From positions 62 to 64,061 of the forward strand of contig JAGCVQ010000089.1 of assembly GCA_017962275.1 (NCBI GenBank): a stretch of 64,000 nucleotides of DNA. The letters are read 5' to 3'. Numbering within the stretch: position 1 is the first letter of the stretch; the number at the start of each line of letters is the position of its first letter. Below are positions 1 through 9,087 of this stretch, piece after piece. Made by a program: the position numbers and the translations under genes. Below the pieces are notes generated by a model. The model was not told the DNA's origin. It did not search any database and saw only the letters and a list, made by a program, of their open reading frames with translations. The DNA comes from Bacteroidales bacterium (lineage in GTDB: Bacteria > Bacteroidota > Bacteroidia > Bacteroidales > WCHB1-69).

Positions 1-3000
1 GGAGATGCCGAAGGAGAGCTGCACGGCGCGGAGGGGGATGGTATGGTTTTCCCCATTACTGAATATAGATTTTGTGGCTTTGATGCGCATGAAGTTGCGC
101 ATACCAGAGGGAGTGAGGGTGGTGCCCGAAAGAGTGGCTGCGTTGTCGCTGTTTTTGACCTTGCTCCATTTGAAGTTGGTGCCTGTAACAGGGGTGTAGG
201 AAGGCAACGTGTAGGAAGTGTTGGGGTTGTAGGACAAGTTATAGATATCGCCAATCTGCAACGCAAGTGCCGAGACTTGGCTGGCATCAGTGTTGGAAAT
301 GGTGGACAGACGCGGGTACATACCCTCGCTGTATATCCACGGACGGTCGCTAGCAAAGGTGATTCCCATCATCCCAGAGGTGGAGTGCGCCGTAACCCCC
401 GTCACATCCTCCTCGTTCACACCTTTGTAGGAGCACATCTGCTTGTCGTAATGGAGGTTGTGGAGCATGGTCGTGTCCGACGTGTAACCGCACACGGCAC
501 CGACCATCGATGAACCCTCGACCCAGCCGGCGGAGTAGCCATAGCCGGATGACACGGTAGGATCTTGCTGCAAACCAACTATACCACCCACCAGCGAAAT
601 ACCTTTCACGATCCCCGTGTGGTAACAATCGGTGAAATGGCAGGCCTCCGACAGATGTCCTATCAGGCCCCCCACAAAGTAGTGACCCATCACCAAACCG
701 CTGTTGAAGCACGCACTGACACTGGAAGAATCTGTCAATGAGCCGACGATACCGCCGACGTAATCGTCTGACTTCGATTCGCAGACAGTACCCGCGTTGA
801 AGCACCCGTTGATGCGGGTGCCTTTGGTACAAAGGCCCGCGATGCCGCCAATGTAGTTGCCCTCAGCGATGATGGTGCCCAAGTGCTCACAACCGTCGAT
901 AATACCGTTATCCATCTTGCCCACGACGCCGCCGATATAGTTGCCATGCGAAGGAACCCGGCTTTGTTCGTCCACATAGCAGCTGCGGATTTCCGACTGC
1001 GTGCCGTTGGAATAACCGGCAATGCAACCGACGTAGGACATAATGGATTTATTGTAACTGTTATTATAAGAGGTGTCGGCCACCAAGATGCCGTTGTGGT
1101 TGTATCCTACGATGCCACCGACGGTGTCAATGGTAACACCGGGGTTAATTGACAAGTGCGAGCGACAAGAGTCGATAGTGCCGAAATCGTTGTAGCCGCA
1201 GATGCCGCCGAAACAGCTTCCGTGGGTGTAGGTGGCGTTTTCGATTTGGGTCATATCTGTCTGGCAATAGACAATGCGACCGTAGTGGTTGGTGCCACAG
1301 ATGAAACCGAGGTTGCGGCCTGTGACAGCAGAAAGCCTGCTGGGGCTATGGTAGTTACTGCCGACATCTTGAGTTATGAAACAGTTGCGGATGGTGCCAC
1401 TGTTGAGGTATCCGCAGAGGATGGCGCGGTGGTTGCCGGTGGTATTATGGTTGGTTATGGCGCCGGCGATGGTGAGGTTTTTGACGGAGCCGCCGTAGAT
1501 GTAGCCGAAGAAGCCCTGGTTGTCGCTACCTGGGATGAGGAAATTGGAGACGGTGTGGCCCGCGCCGTCGAAATGGCCGAGGAAGGGGCGGTTAGGGGTG
1601 CCGATGGAGGTCCAGAGGTCGAGGACGTTGTACTGTTGCCCACTGCTGGTGGTGCCGTGGAAAGCGAGGTCGACGTTGGCGTTGAGTTTGAAGTAGAGGT
1701 TGCGGCCGCCATCGGTTATTCTAACATATTGAGAGGCGGAGCTGTTGTTCGGTGTACTGGTGAGGAAGGTTTGGTCGGTTATGCGATAAAAGCCCGACCC
1801 TTGGTTGATGATGGTGCGGAATTTCTTTAATTCATCCGCATTTTTGATAATTATCGGATTCGCCTCGGTAAGGTTCACCCACAGCTGCACCTTGCGATAA
1901 ACAGGATCGTTGGTACCGGCGCCCCGGAAGCCCAACGTGATATAGCCCTGGGCAGGATGATTGTTGGTGCTGGGGATGGTGACCGCTATAAGGTTGTTGC
2001 TGGGAGTCGTCCCTATCGACACACAATTGCTGCCGCCAATACGTTGCCAGCTGCCGCCATCGGAATAATTCACCGTGAATTGGTGGGAGACGGTGCTGTA
2101 GGTCTCGGTAGTGTACAACTTGGCCCTCATGGCAGAGGCTTTGGAAAGTATGGCGTTGATGCTTTGAACGCCCTTGAGTTGGGGATAATAATCGTCTTGG
2201 TAGTACCAGATACTGTCGCTGCTGTCATCTCCCAACAGAGGTTTCATATATTGCTCTCCCATCATGGTATCAGTAGGCAAACCTTTGGCCACGCCTGTCT
2301 GATCACTGCCGTCAATGCCACCTGCTGTTGACATTTGCTTGTCGTAGTAACAATTATGAATGGTTATGGGTGATGGGTTATTGGTTATTGAGGAGCCGAC
2401 GATGGAGCCGAGATGGAGGCCAGTAGAGCGTACGGTGTTGGAAACGTAGCAATTTTGAATGGTTATGGGTGATGGGTTATTGGTTGTTGAGCCGTCTATG
2501 GCGCCGCAAATACCACCGACGTATTTCCTATTTTCACCATTAACGATTCCAGCGTTATAGCAATTCTGAATTCTGCATTCAGGATTCTGAATTAATCCCA
2601 CGAGACCGCCGACCCAGTTGTCAGCATTGGGATTGCCGGGCTGGGCAGTCACGATGCCGGTGTTGAAACAATTGTACATTGTACATTGTACATTGTTCAT
2701 TGTGCCTATAAGGCCGCCGATATAGGGACAATCGGCCGTACCGGTAATGTCGCCTAAGTTGGCGGAATTCTTCACATTGCCATCCTTGGCGATAATACCG
2801 CCGATACATTGGATACCCATGACATCGACGTAGTTGAAGCAGCCGATGATGCTGTCGTTTGCGGTCAATGAGACACCGGCGATGCCGCCGACGGTAACAC
2901 CGTACATGTTGTCGCTTGTATTATTATATTTTTTGACGGAGCAGTTCTCGATGCGGCCGCCGTTGAGAATGGCGCAGACGGCACCGGCAGTGTCGGCACC

Positions 3001-5865
3001 GACGATGGTTTCGACAGTGATGTTTAGGTCATACACCTTGCCCGTAAGGGTGCCGAAAAGGCCGACCACAGACCGGGTTGAATTAAGTCGGGCGAGAGTA
3101 TGGTTATTGCCAAGGAATGTGCCCGCGAACCGTTTCGTGCCGATAGGAATCCAGTTGGATGTGATATCGGACAAGTTGATGTCGTTGGTGAGGCTGAAGA
3201 CGATGTCCTGCACATAATGCGGAAGGAGATAGTCTTTATAGATTACCATGTAGTTCCCGTTCACGATGTTTCGCAGATTATTCAGATCATGAAAGTTGTC
3301 AACGGTCATCGTGTCGGACAGCGGAAGACTGTCTAATGCTAATCGTGGTGTACAGGCGGCGATGGCGTCCATGCGGACGGACGAGCTGTCAGTCCAAGTC
3401 AGTCGAGGGTAGTGTCCCTCCTCGTAGAGCCAGTCGTCGTCGCCCATATACTCTCGCACAAGGGCTTCGGGACCGATGAAGTAGCGTGTAGCTACTTTTG
3501 TCGCCCCTTCACAGACGGGATTGACATGGTAGTCGTTGTAAAACGTTGTATATGCTGATTCCACCTCCACTTGATTGCCAGTAAGCACACCGACATTGTA
3601 ACAATCTGTAGAGACGTGGTGCACCGCGTCTCTACAGTGTCCAAGGGGGTGTACGGTGCCATTGGCGGCCGTGATGTCCCCCGTGTTGAAGCATCGTTCA
3701 AGGATGCAGGTGTCGGCGTTCACATAGCCCACCAAACCGGCAGCGTACCCGCTGCCACTATTGACCACTTTGCAGCTGTTGAAACAGCCCGTGATGCGGA
3801 TGCTGCTGAGTGCCTCACTGTCTGTTCCCACCGAGCCTATCAGAGCGGCACAGTTGTCGCCGTTGAACTGTAGGGGCGTACCTGCGTGTGCGCCCTTGAC
3901 CACGGCGCAATTCTCGAAAGAACCGCCCATGACGTTGGTGGCCAAGGCGGCCGACGAACCTCTGCAGCCGGTGATGTGCGGGTCTTCGAGGATCAAATTG
4001 CTTATCTCGCCCTTGCTATAAACAAAGAGTGCACGATCGGTGCCGTTCGTCATCGTTAGGTTCATCAGCTTATGCCCCCGGCCGTCGTAAAAACCGGTGA
4101 AACAGGTGTCGGCGTTCTTGCCGATGGAGACCCAGTCACCCACGCTGGCAAGGTCGATGTCGGCGGTCTGTATCCAGTGAATGTGCGGAAGAGAGTCGTG
4201 AGGAATCAGGAAGCGGTGGTAAACGAAGTCCTGGTTTGCGTTGATGCCGTCGCGGAAGGCGAGGAAGTCTTCCAGATTGCTGATGAGGAAGGGGTTCTCG
4301 GCGGAACCGACGTACGGGGGGATGTTGATCACCGCATCGTAATAGCGGGTGCGTCCAGCCACCTCTACGGTGAGGCGCACCACACCCTGCTTTTGCAGAT
4401 AGACATTCCAGCTGTTGTCGGGCGCATAGAACTCTCTGCGGACAGCATCGGGCCAGAGACTGTCAAGGGTCCACGTAATATCCAGACTGTCACACCCTTT
4501 CCACAGCACGAACGACTCGGTGAGGTAGGAGAGTTTCATGTGCTTGCGCTCATTGTCATTCATGTTGTTGATGGTACTTTGGCCGTTGCCATTCGGTTTC
4601 ATGAAGACATCGAGAAACGGAACGAGGGCGGCGGTCACAATGGAATCTTGGGGGTAATCCAATTCGAGGCGGTAGGTGACATTTATCGGATCGTTGAATG
4701 GATCCGGGTAGGGGTAAACATTGCACAGATAGGTGTTTTTCCACAAGCTGGGCTTCTGATTTTTGATGTCGAAATACATCATGCTGTAATAGGTCATGTC
4801 GTAGGTGCTGAGGGCTGCGGCACCTCTATTGTCCCGCCAATCTGCCGGAACCCATGACGATCCAGGAATTGACGGAAGGTCGCTCAGCTGCCAGTCGAAG
4901 TAGCAGGTGTCCACCCGGATGCTATCAACATCCGGATCATAGCTATTGGTGCTGTTAGGGGAGAGCGCATAGCCGTAGATGCCGCCTATGTGGTTGTTGA
5001 CAATTTCTTCGTCCGTGCCAATACCGCCGTTAGTTGGGTTCGCCCCCGAGAGGGCTGTGCCGACCATATCGGTGGTGCGGACAATCATGGAGGAGTAACA
5101 CTGACGCACGGTACCTTTCTCCACCTTGCCGACCAAGCCAGCAACATAGTCACCGGTGCAATCAACATGCCCGGAAGCGAAGCAAACGCTGACTTCGGGC
5201 AACAAAGTGTCATGGCGGGTCATCAGTCCGACCAAGCCGCCCACCTTGTCGCCGCTTGTGCGGATGCTGCCCTCGAAGAAACAGTCGTTGATATGGCCTC
5301 CTGAGAGTTCGCCCACAATACCGCCGATGTTGCTGGCACCACCTCTGATGTAGGAATTGACAATACCGAGTTTTTCGATGTGTGCATCCCCCTCCATTTT
5401 CGAAAAGAAGCCTACACCCACAGTGCCGTCCGGACAGTCGATGTACATACCGCTGATCGTATGCATATCACCGAGTAAGTGGCCTTTGAACACAACTGTC
5501 TCGGGCCAAACCGTCCATGTTGGGTCAATCTCACCGTCGCAGGCAGCCAGATTCCCCTGGTTGAGGATGATGTCATTCGGTATCAAGAAATACTTGCCTT
5601 CGCCGTAGGCGGGAATGGTGTCGTAGTCACCGTAGGTGGGAGGCGTTGTGCTACAGATGTACTCTTTGCTGTAGCCATATTTGTAAAAGTAGAACTCGTT
5701 GCCAGTACTGAGGCAGTTGGCAAAAGCCACTAATTCATTAGCCTTACGGATCCTGTACGGATTATTGGGCGCGCCATGACCACCCTGTGCAAAAACGGAG
5801 TTGCCGTAGAACCAAAAGGTCATTAATATAGTGATGCAAGTACTAAGTATAAATCTTCTTTTCAT
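1..5865 (-). CDS. Giant secreted GLUG-motif repeat surface protein. The N-terminal 1955 codons are in the window; the C-terminus lies beyond the window start.
   Basis: It is absent from the ORF track because it runs off the left edge. My reverse-strand translation from ATG 5865-5863 gives MKRRFILSTCITILMTFWFYGNSVFAQ, a signal peptide. No listed minus-strand ORF in 1-5865 uses this frame, which fits an uninterrupted frame. The protein carries many (V/I)GG(L/I)(V/I)G...C(Y/F)N.G(I/V) units, matching the GLUG motif. The + strand ORFs here are antisense artefacts. Confidence 0.8.
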   Translation of the reverse strand, partial: MKRRFILSTCITILMTFWFYGNSVFAQGGHGAPNNPYRIRKANELVAFANCLSTGNEFYFYKYGYSKEYICSTTPPTYGDYDTIPAYGEGKYFLIPNDIILNQGNLAACDGEIDPTWTVWPETVVFKGHLLGDMHTISGMYIDCPDGTVGVGFFSKMEGDAHIEKLGIVNSYIRGGASNIGGIVGELSGGHINDCFFEGSIRTSGDKVGGLVGLMTRHDTLLPEVSVCFASGHVDCTGDYVAGLVGKVEKGTVRQCYSSMIVRTTDMVGTALSGANPTNGGIGTDEEIVNNHIGGIYGYALSPNSTNSYDPDVDSIRVDTCYFDWQLSDLPSIPGSSWVPADWRDNRGAAALSTYDMTYYSMMYFDIKNQKPSLWKNTYLCNVYPYPDPFNDPINVTYRLELDYPQDSIVTAALVPFLDVFMKPNGNGQSTINNMNDNERKHMKLSYLTESFVLWKGCDSLDITWTLDSLWPDAVRREFYAPDNSWNVYLQKQGVVRLTVEVAGRTRYYDAVINIPPYVGSAENPFLISNLEDFLAFRDGINANQDFVYHRFLIPHDSLPHIHWIQTADIDLASVGDWVSIGKNADTCFTGFYDGRGHKLMNLTMTNGTDRALFVYSKGEISNLILEDPHITGCRGSSAALATNVMGGSFENCAVVKGAHAGTPLQFNGDNCAALIGSVGTDSEALSSIRITGCFNSCKVVNSGSGYAAGLVGYVNADTCILERCFNTGDITAANGTVHPLGHCRDAVHHVSTDCYNVGVLTGNQVEVESAYTTFYNDYHVNPVCEGATKVATRYFIGPEALVREYMGDDDWLYEEGHYPRLTWTDSSSVRMDAIAACTPRLALDSLPLSDTMTVDNFHDLNNLRNIVNGNYMVIYKDYLLPHYVQDIVFSLTNDINLSDITSNWIPIGTKRFAGTFLGNNHTLARLNSTRSVVGLFGTLTGKVYDLNITVETIVGADTAGAVCAILNGGRIENCSVKKYNNTSDNMYGVTVGGIAGVSLTANDSIIGCFNYVDVMGIQCIGGIIAKDGNVKNSANLGDITGTADCPYIGGLIGTMNNVQCTMYNCFNTGIVTAQPGNPNADNWVGGLVGLIQNPECRIQNCYNAGIVNGENRKYVGGICGAIDGSTTNNPSPITIQNCYVSNTVRSTGLHLGSIVGSSITNNPSPITIHNCYYDKQMSTAGGIDGSDQTGVAKGLPTDTMMGEQYMKPLLGDDSSDSIWYYQDDYYPQLKGVQSINAILSKASAMRAKLYTTETYSTVSHQFTVNYSDGGSWQRIGGSNCVSIGTTPSNNLIAVTIPSTNNHPAQGYITLGFRGAGTNDPVYRKVQLWVNLTEANPIIIKNADELKKFRTIINQGSGFYRITDQTFLTSTPNNSSASQYVRITDGGRNLYFKLNANVDLAFHGTTSSGQQYNVLDLWTSIGTPNRPFLGHFDGAGHTVSNFLIPGSDNQGFFGYIYGGSVKNLTIAGAITNHNTTGNHRAILCGYLNSGTIRNCFITQDVGSNYHSPSRLSAVTGRNLGFICGTNHYGRIVYCQTDMTQIENATYTHGSCFGGICGYNDFGTIDSCRSHLSINPGVTIDTVGGIVGYNHNGILVADTSYNNSYNKSIMSYVGCIAGYSNGTQSEIRSCYVDEQSRVPSHGNYIGGVVGKMDNGIIDGCEHLGTIIAEGNYIGGIAGLCTKGTRINGCFNAGTVCESKSDDYVGGIVGSLTDSSSVSACFNSGLVMGHYFVGGLIGHLSEACHFTDCYHTGIVKGISLVGGIVGLQQDPTVSSGYGYSAGWVEGSSMVGAVCGYTSDTTMLHNLHYDKQMCSYKGVNEEDVTGVTAHSTSGMMGITFASDRPWIYSEGMYPRLSTISNTDASQVSALALQIGDIYNLSYNPNTSYTLPSYTPVTGTNFKWSKVKNSDNAATLSGTTLTPSGMRNFMRIKATKSIFSNGENHTIPLRAVQLSFGIS
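2675..2702. repeat. Heptamer tandem repeat (TACATTG)x3 plus TTCATTG inside the GLUG CDS
   Basis: attg-TACATTG-TACATTG-TACATTG-TTCATTG encodes MNNVQCTMYNC on the minus strand. The same heptamer array occurs intergenically at 10989-11016. Confidence 0.85.
3607..3636. repeat. REP type B embedded in frame inside the GLUG gene
   Basis: The sequence is TGTAGAGACGTGGTGCACCGCGTCTCTACA. It is codon-aligned and encodes exactly CRDAVHHVST. A 22-nt core is identical to the intergenic copy at 58388-58409. Confidence 0.8.
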
Positions 5866-5870
5866 CTTCC

Positions 5871-5898
5871 TTTAACCTTAAATCTTTAATCTTCTTAA
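5871..5898. repeat. Degenerate heptamer array, 4 units (TTWAAYC-like)
   Basis: The units are TTTAACC TTAAATC TTTAATC TTCTTAA. The stop of the 52-aa gene (5895-5897) lies in the last unit. Confidence 0.4.
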
Positions 5899-6053
5899 TT
5901 GTTTTCACTTTTGTTGTTCCACTCACCGTAATAAGGCCAGTAGGTGTCGTTGGGATTGTGCTGGTGATAACGTATGGCTCGGATAAAGATCCATATAAGA
6001 AGGCCAAGTGCCAATCCGCCGACAACAAGAAGTATGATTAATTTTGTAGTCAT
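5895..6053 (-). CDS. Small single-pass membrane protein (52 aa), first gene of the GLUG operon
   Basis: MTTKLIILLVVGGLALGLLIWIFIRAIRY contains one TM helix. ATG 6053 lies 24 nt downstream of the -7 box at 6078-6085. The track start at 6080 falls inside that promoter. The stop is 29 nt upstream of the GLUG gene ATG. Confidence 0.55.
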   Translation of the reverse strand: MTTKLIILLVVGGLALGLLIWIFIRAIRYHQHNPNDTYWPYYGEWNNKSENN

Positions 6054-6077
6054 AAAATAAGTAAATTTTTGCGGCTG

Positions 6078-6085
6078 CAAAAATA
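6078..6085 (-). promoter_or_regulatory. -7 box TATTTTTG (Bacteroidetes sigma-A type), GLUG operon
   Basis: The reverse complement reads GTAGTATTTTTGCAGCC. It lies 24 nt upstream of ATG 6053. Confidence 0.65.
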
Positions 6086-6231
6086 CTACATTTATATAAG
6101 ATGGGATTTTCTCTAATAGAAAATTCCACGAAAGGAAAAGGGAAATTCCATTAGAGACAAAGATTCTGATAAAAGGAAAAACAGTGAAAAAACGAGGTAT
6201 TTATACTTCTATAATATTTGTTTATAGCTAT

Positions 6232-7386
6232 TTATGCTATTCTGTAGCTAGAAGGAGTGTCCTTTCCCTGGGCTTTGAAGGCCTTGGCCATGGATGCTTG
6301 AGAGGAAAAACCACACTGCTCGGCGATGTCGGCCAGACGCTTGTCTGGATGTTGGTGGATAAGGCTGATGGCATGGCGCACACGGTGTAGACTAATCATG
6401 TCGTAGAACGACTGATAACCACAGCGACGGATTACTTCGGCAAGGTATTTGCTGTTGGTGCCCAACCGCGAGATGAGCACGTCGCTGGTGATGTGTGGCT
6501 CGGTGAAAATTTTCTCTTCTGTGAGCAGAAGTTCGAGACGGCGGCCCAGATCATCAAAGCGGCTATCAGAGACATGGTGGACTATGTCGGTATTTTCGAG
6601 TTTTTCTGCATTCGTTTGGCTTTCATTGTTTTCTGTGTTTTCTGAATCATTTAGGTATTCGGTAAAATCAGAATTTTCTGTACTAGCAACCTTTCTCCAG
6701 GGATTCAGCGTGAGGATGCAGAACCACACATTAGCCACAGTGAATAGGATATCTCTTCCAAATTTTACCCATACATCGTCTGCATAGAAATTGATGGCCA
6801 ATAATATAAGTACCAAAGTGGGTATCCAGCGGATAAGATTGGCGAGACGTACAGGGAAGTCGTCGCTGTCGGCATATTGGTCCTCGTTGGCTCGCCTTAC
6901 TGCATTCCTGATTCTCAGTGCCATACGTACGGAAAGGGAAAAGTATGCCATAAAGAGGAGACTCACAGCTCCTACGGTCCAAATGCGCCATCCTTCGGGC
7001 ATGGAAATGAGATTGATTGCCTGCAGGAACATTGGCAGTAGCACCACCACAGCGGGTATAAACAGCCAATAACCATTGAGTCGGTGTTTGTTTTCCGGAA
7101 AGAAGTACCCCTCGCACATGATGAGCATTTGGATGGAGAAGAAGAGTAGCGAGAAAGCGTTGACGTAAAGCAGCGCGTCGCTGTCGCCAATTTGCAGCAG
7201 GTAAGGCAGTTCAAAAATCTGCAGCAGGTAAATGATACCCACCGCCTTTTGGGCAGGAAACAGCTCGTAGAAGTGTTCCCTGTAGGCCTCCGGCTTGTAA
7301 AACCACTTCAGCAGCCACCCATAAAGGTGAGTGATGATGAAGGCCAGGTTGGCGGAGTAAAGTATCATGTATGCTGTGTCGGTCAT
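6232..7386 (-). CDS. Membrane-anchored AraC-family (HTH_18) transcriptional regulator
   Basis: The N-terminal ~220 aa are polytopic and hydrophobic. The C-terminus (LISRLGTNSKYLAEVIRRCGYQSFYDMISLHRVRHAISLI...AEQCGFSSQASMAKAFK) is a classic AraC double HTH. Confidence 0.8.
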   Translation of the reverse strand: MTDTAYMILYSANLAFIITHLYGWLLKWFYKPEAYREHFYELFPAQKAVGIIYLLQIFELPYLLQIGDSDALLYVNAFSLLFFSIQMLIMCEGYFFPENKHRLNGYWLFIPAVVVLLPMFLQAINLISMPEGWRIWTVGAVSLLFMAYFSLSVRMALRIRNAVRRANEDQYADSDDFPVRLANLIRWIPTLVLILLAINFYADDVWVKFGRDILFTVANVWFCILTLNPWRKVASTENSDFTEYLNDSENTENNESQTNAEKLENTDIVHHVSDSRFDDLGRRLELLLTEEKIFTEPHITSDVLISRLGTNSKYLAEVIRRCGYQSFYDMISLHRVRHAISLIHQHPDKRLADIAEQCGFSSQASMAKAFKAQGKDTPSSYRIA

Positions 7387-7405
7387 ATTTTGGTTTTCGG
7401 TTCGT

Positions 7406-7435
7406 TGTAGAGACGCGCCATGGCACGTCTCTACA
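7406..7435. repeat. REP type B variant between the lpxD stop and the AraC-like gene start
   Basis: The sequence is TGTAGAGACGCGCCATGGCACGTCTCTACA. It has the same outer arms as the other REPs with a GC-rich centre. Confidence 0.8.
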
Positions 7436-7437
7436 GT

Positions 7438-8400
7438 TTACGTTAATCGTTTCTTGATCTCCTCCAATTCCTTGAAAAGATCAGGCAGCTTGCGCATCAT
7501 GGCCATCTCGCGCCAGCGTGCGGGGGCGTCACCGGCAGGCATTCCGAACAGAGTCCTGCCCTCCTCCTTCACATCCTTATCGATGGCCGAAAGAGCTAAC
7601 AACACCGTGCCTTTGGCCACGTATAGGTCTTTGTTGACCGCTGCCTTTGCCCAGATTTTGCAATCGTCGTCGATGTAAGTACAGCCGGCAATGCCGCATT
7701 GGGCGCCGAGGAGCACGCGCTTGCCGATGTGCGTGTCGTGGCCCACCTGCACGAGGTTGTCGAAGATGGTGCCGTCGTCGATGTAAGTGGTGCCGGAGAC
7801 GCCGCGGTCGATGCAGCAGTTGCAGCCGATCTCCACATCGTTGCCGATGTAGGTGTCGCCGCAGGAGGTCAGCTTCAGCCAACCTTCGGGCCGCTTCTGG
7901 TAGTAGCAGGCGTCGGCGCCGACAGTGGTGTTGGAATGAATGACCACATTGTCGCCGATGACCGTGTTGGCATAGATGCTCACGTTGGAGTGGATGATGC
8001 AGTTTTTGCCGATGCGCACGTTCTCGCCGATGAAAACCAGCGGCTGGATGACCGTGCCCTCGCCGATGACCGCGCTCGGGTGGATGGCGGTGTCTTGCGG
8101 CGTGAAATGCACGAAGTGCTCTACGACGTTGAGATAGTCGCGGAGCGGATCTTCGGTAACGAGCAGAACCTTGCCTTCAGGACATTCCGCATCTTCACTG
8201 TTGATCAGGATGACAGAAGCCTCGCTTTGCAGGATGCGGTTGTAATACTTCTCGCTGTCCACAAAAGTGAGATCTCCTGTGCGGACGGAGTGCAACTCAT
8301 TAACTCCTGTCACCCTCACGGAGGCGTTCCCCTTGACGGTGACAGGATGTCCAATCAGTTGTATCAGTTCGTCTAAAGTAAGCGACTGACGAAAAATCAT
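7438..8400 (-). CDS. lpxD: UDP-3-O-acylglucosamine N-acyltransferase (LpxD-type left-handed beta-helix)
   Basis: The N-terminal LpxD-like domain contains VTGVNELHSVRTGDLTFVDSEKY. It is followed by long hexapeptide repeats (IGENVRIGKNCIIHSNVSIYANTVIGDNVVIHSNTTVG...) and a C-terminal helical tail. Confidence 0.8.
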   Translation of the reverse strand: MIFRQSLTLDELIQLIGHPVTVKGNASVRVTGVNELHSVRTGDLTFVDSEKYYNRILQSEASVILINSEDAECPEGKVLLVTEDPLRDYLNVVEHFVHFTPQDTAIHPSAVIGEGTVIQPLVFIGENVRIGKNCIIHSNVSIYANTVIGDNVVIHSNTTVGADACYYQKRPEGWLKLTSCGDTYIGNDVEIGCNCCIDRGVSGTTYIDDGTIFDNLVQVGHDTHIGKRVLLGAQCGIAGCTYIDDDCKIWAKAAVNKDLYVAKGTVLLALSAIDKDVKEEGRTLFGMPAGDAPARWREMAMMRKLPDLFKELEEIKKRLT

Positions 8401-8409
8401 GCGGAAAGG

Positions 8410-8979
8410 TTACTCTTTAACGCGTTCGGAGTATTTGTTGGTGCGGGTGTCAACCTTGATTTTCTCACCCACGTTGATGAACAACGGCACATAAACGTCG
8501 GCGCCGGTCTCCACCACAGCGCGTTTGAGGGAGTTGGTGGCGGTGTCGCCCTTCACGCCGGGATCAGCCTCGATGACTTCCAGATCCACAAACGGGGGAA
8601 GTTCGCAGGTGAGCGGGGTGTCGGTGTCGGTGTCGTAGTTGATTTCCACCTCCTGGCCTTCCTTGAGCAGGTCGGGGTTGTTGATGAGGTCCTTCTCGAT
8701 GGGAAGTTGCTCGTAAGTCTCGGTGTGCATGAAGATGTAGGTGGTGTCACCTTCTTTATACAGGAATTGGTAAGGACGGCGCTCCACGCGGGCAAGTTCG
8801 ATCTTGATACCGGCGTCGAATCTGAACTCTTGAACTCTACCGTTTTTGAGGTTTTTCAGTTTCGTGCGGACGAAGGTGTTGCCCTTGCCGGGTTTCACGT
8901 GCAGGAATTCCACGATTGACCAAATTTCGTTGTTGTGAACGATACAGAGGCCGTTCTTAAAATCAGCAGTTGTTGCCAT
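8410..8979 (-). CDS. efp: Elongation factor P
   Basis: 189 aa. The sequence FKNG..I....EIWSIVEFLHVKPGKGNTFVRTKLKNLKNGRV shows the canonical EF-P KOW/OB layout. A -7 box lies 36 nt upstream. Confidence 0.95.
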   Translation of the reverse strand: MATTADFKNGLCIVHNNEIWSIVEFLHVKPGKGNTFVRTKLKNLKNGRVQEFRFDAGIKIELARVERRPYQFLYKEGDTTYIFMHTETYEQLPIEKDLINNPDLLKEGQEVEINYDTDTDTPLTCELPPFVDLEVIEADPGVKGDTATNSLKRAVVETGADVYVPLFINVGEKIKVDTRTNKYSERVKE

Positions 8980-9015
8980 ACAATGATAATATTTTAGTTA
9001 GAATGAAATCGGCGG

Positions 9016-9023
9016 CAAAGATA
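9016..9023 (-). promoter_or_regulatory. -7 box TATCTTTG, efp
   Basis: The reverse complement reads AAAAAAATTGTATCTTTGCCGCC. It lies 36 nt upstream of the ATG. Confidence 0.75.
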
Positions 9024-9037
9024 CAATTTTTTTCGTT

Positions 9038-9086
9038 TATGGTTTAAGGTTTATGGTTTAGGGTCATGGGTTAGTGGTTAAGGTCT
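9038..9086. repeat. Heptamer array, 7 units (TAWGGTT-like)
   Basis: The units are TATGGTT TAAGGTT TATGGTT TAGGGTC ATGGGTT AGTGGTT AAGGTCT. The array lies between the helicase-end REP and the efp promoter. Confidence 0.8.
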
Positions 9087-9087
9087 G

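Noticed and set aside
43-5733. A series of + strand ORFs (for example 1156-1830, 4072-4857, 4990-5304)
   Set aside because: All are antisense to the continuous minus-strand GLUG reading frame. They are fragmented and have no recognisable domains.
9038-9086. Telomere-like repeats (GGTTTAGGG / TTAGGG-like units here and at 32623 and 40294)
   Set aside because: The resemblance to eukaryotic telomeric units is superficial. The arrays are internal and short, and they belong to a larger set with unrelated unit sequences.
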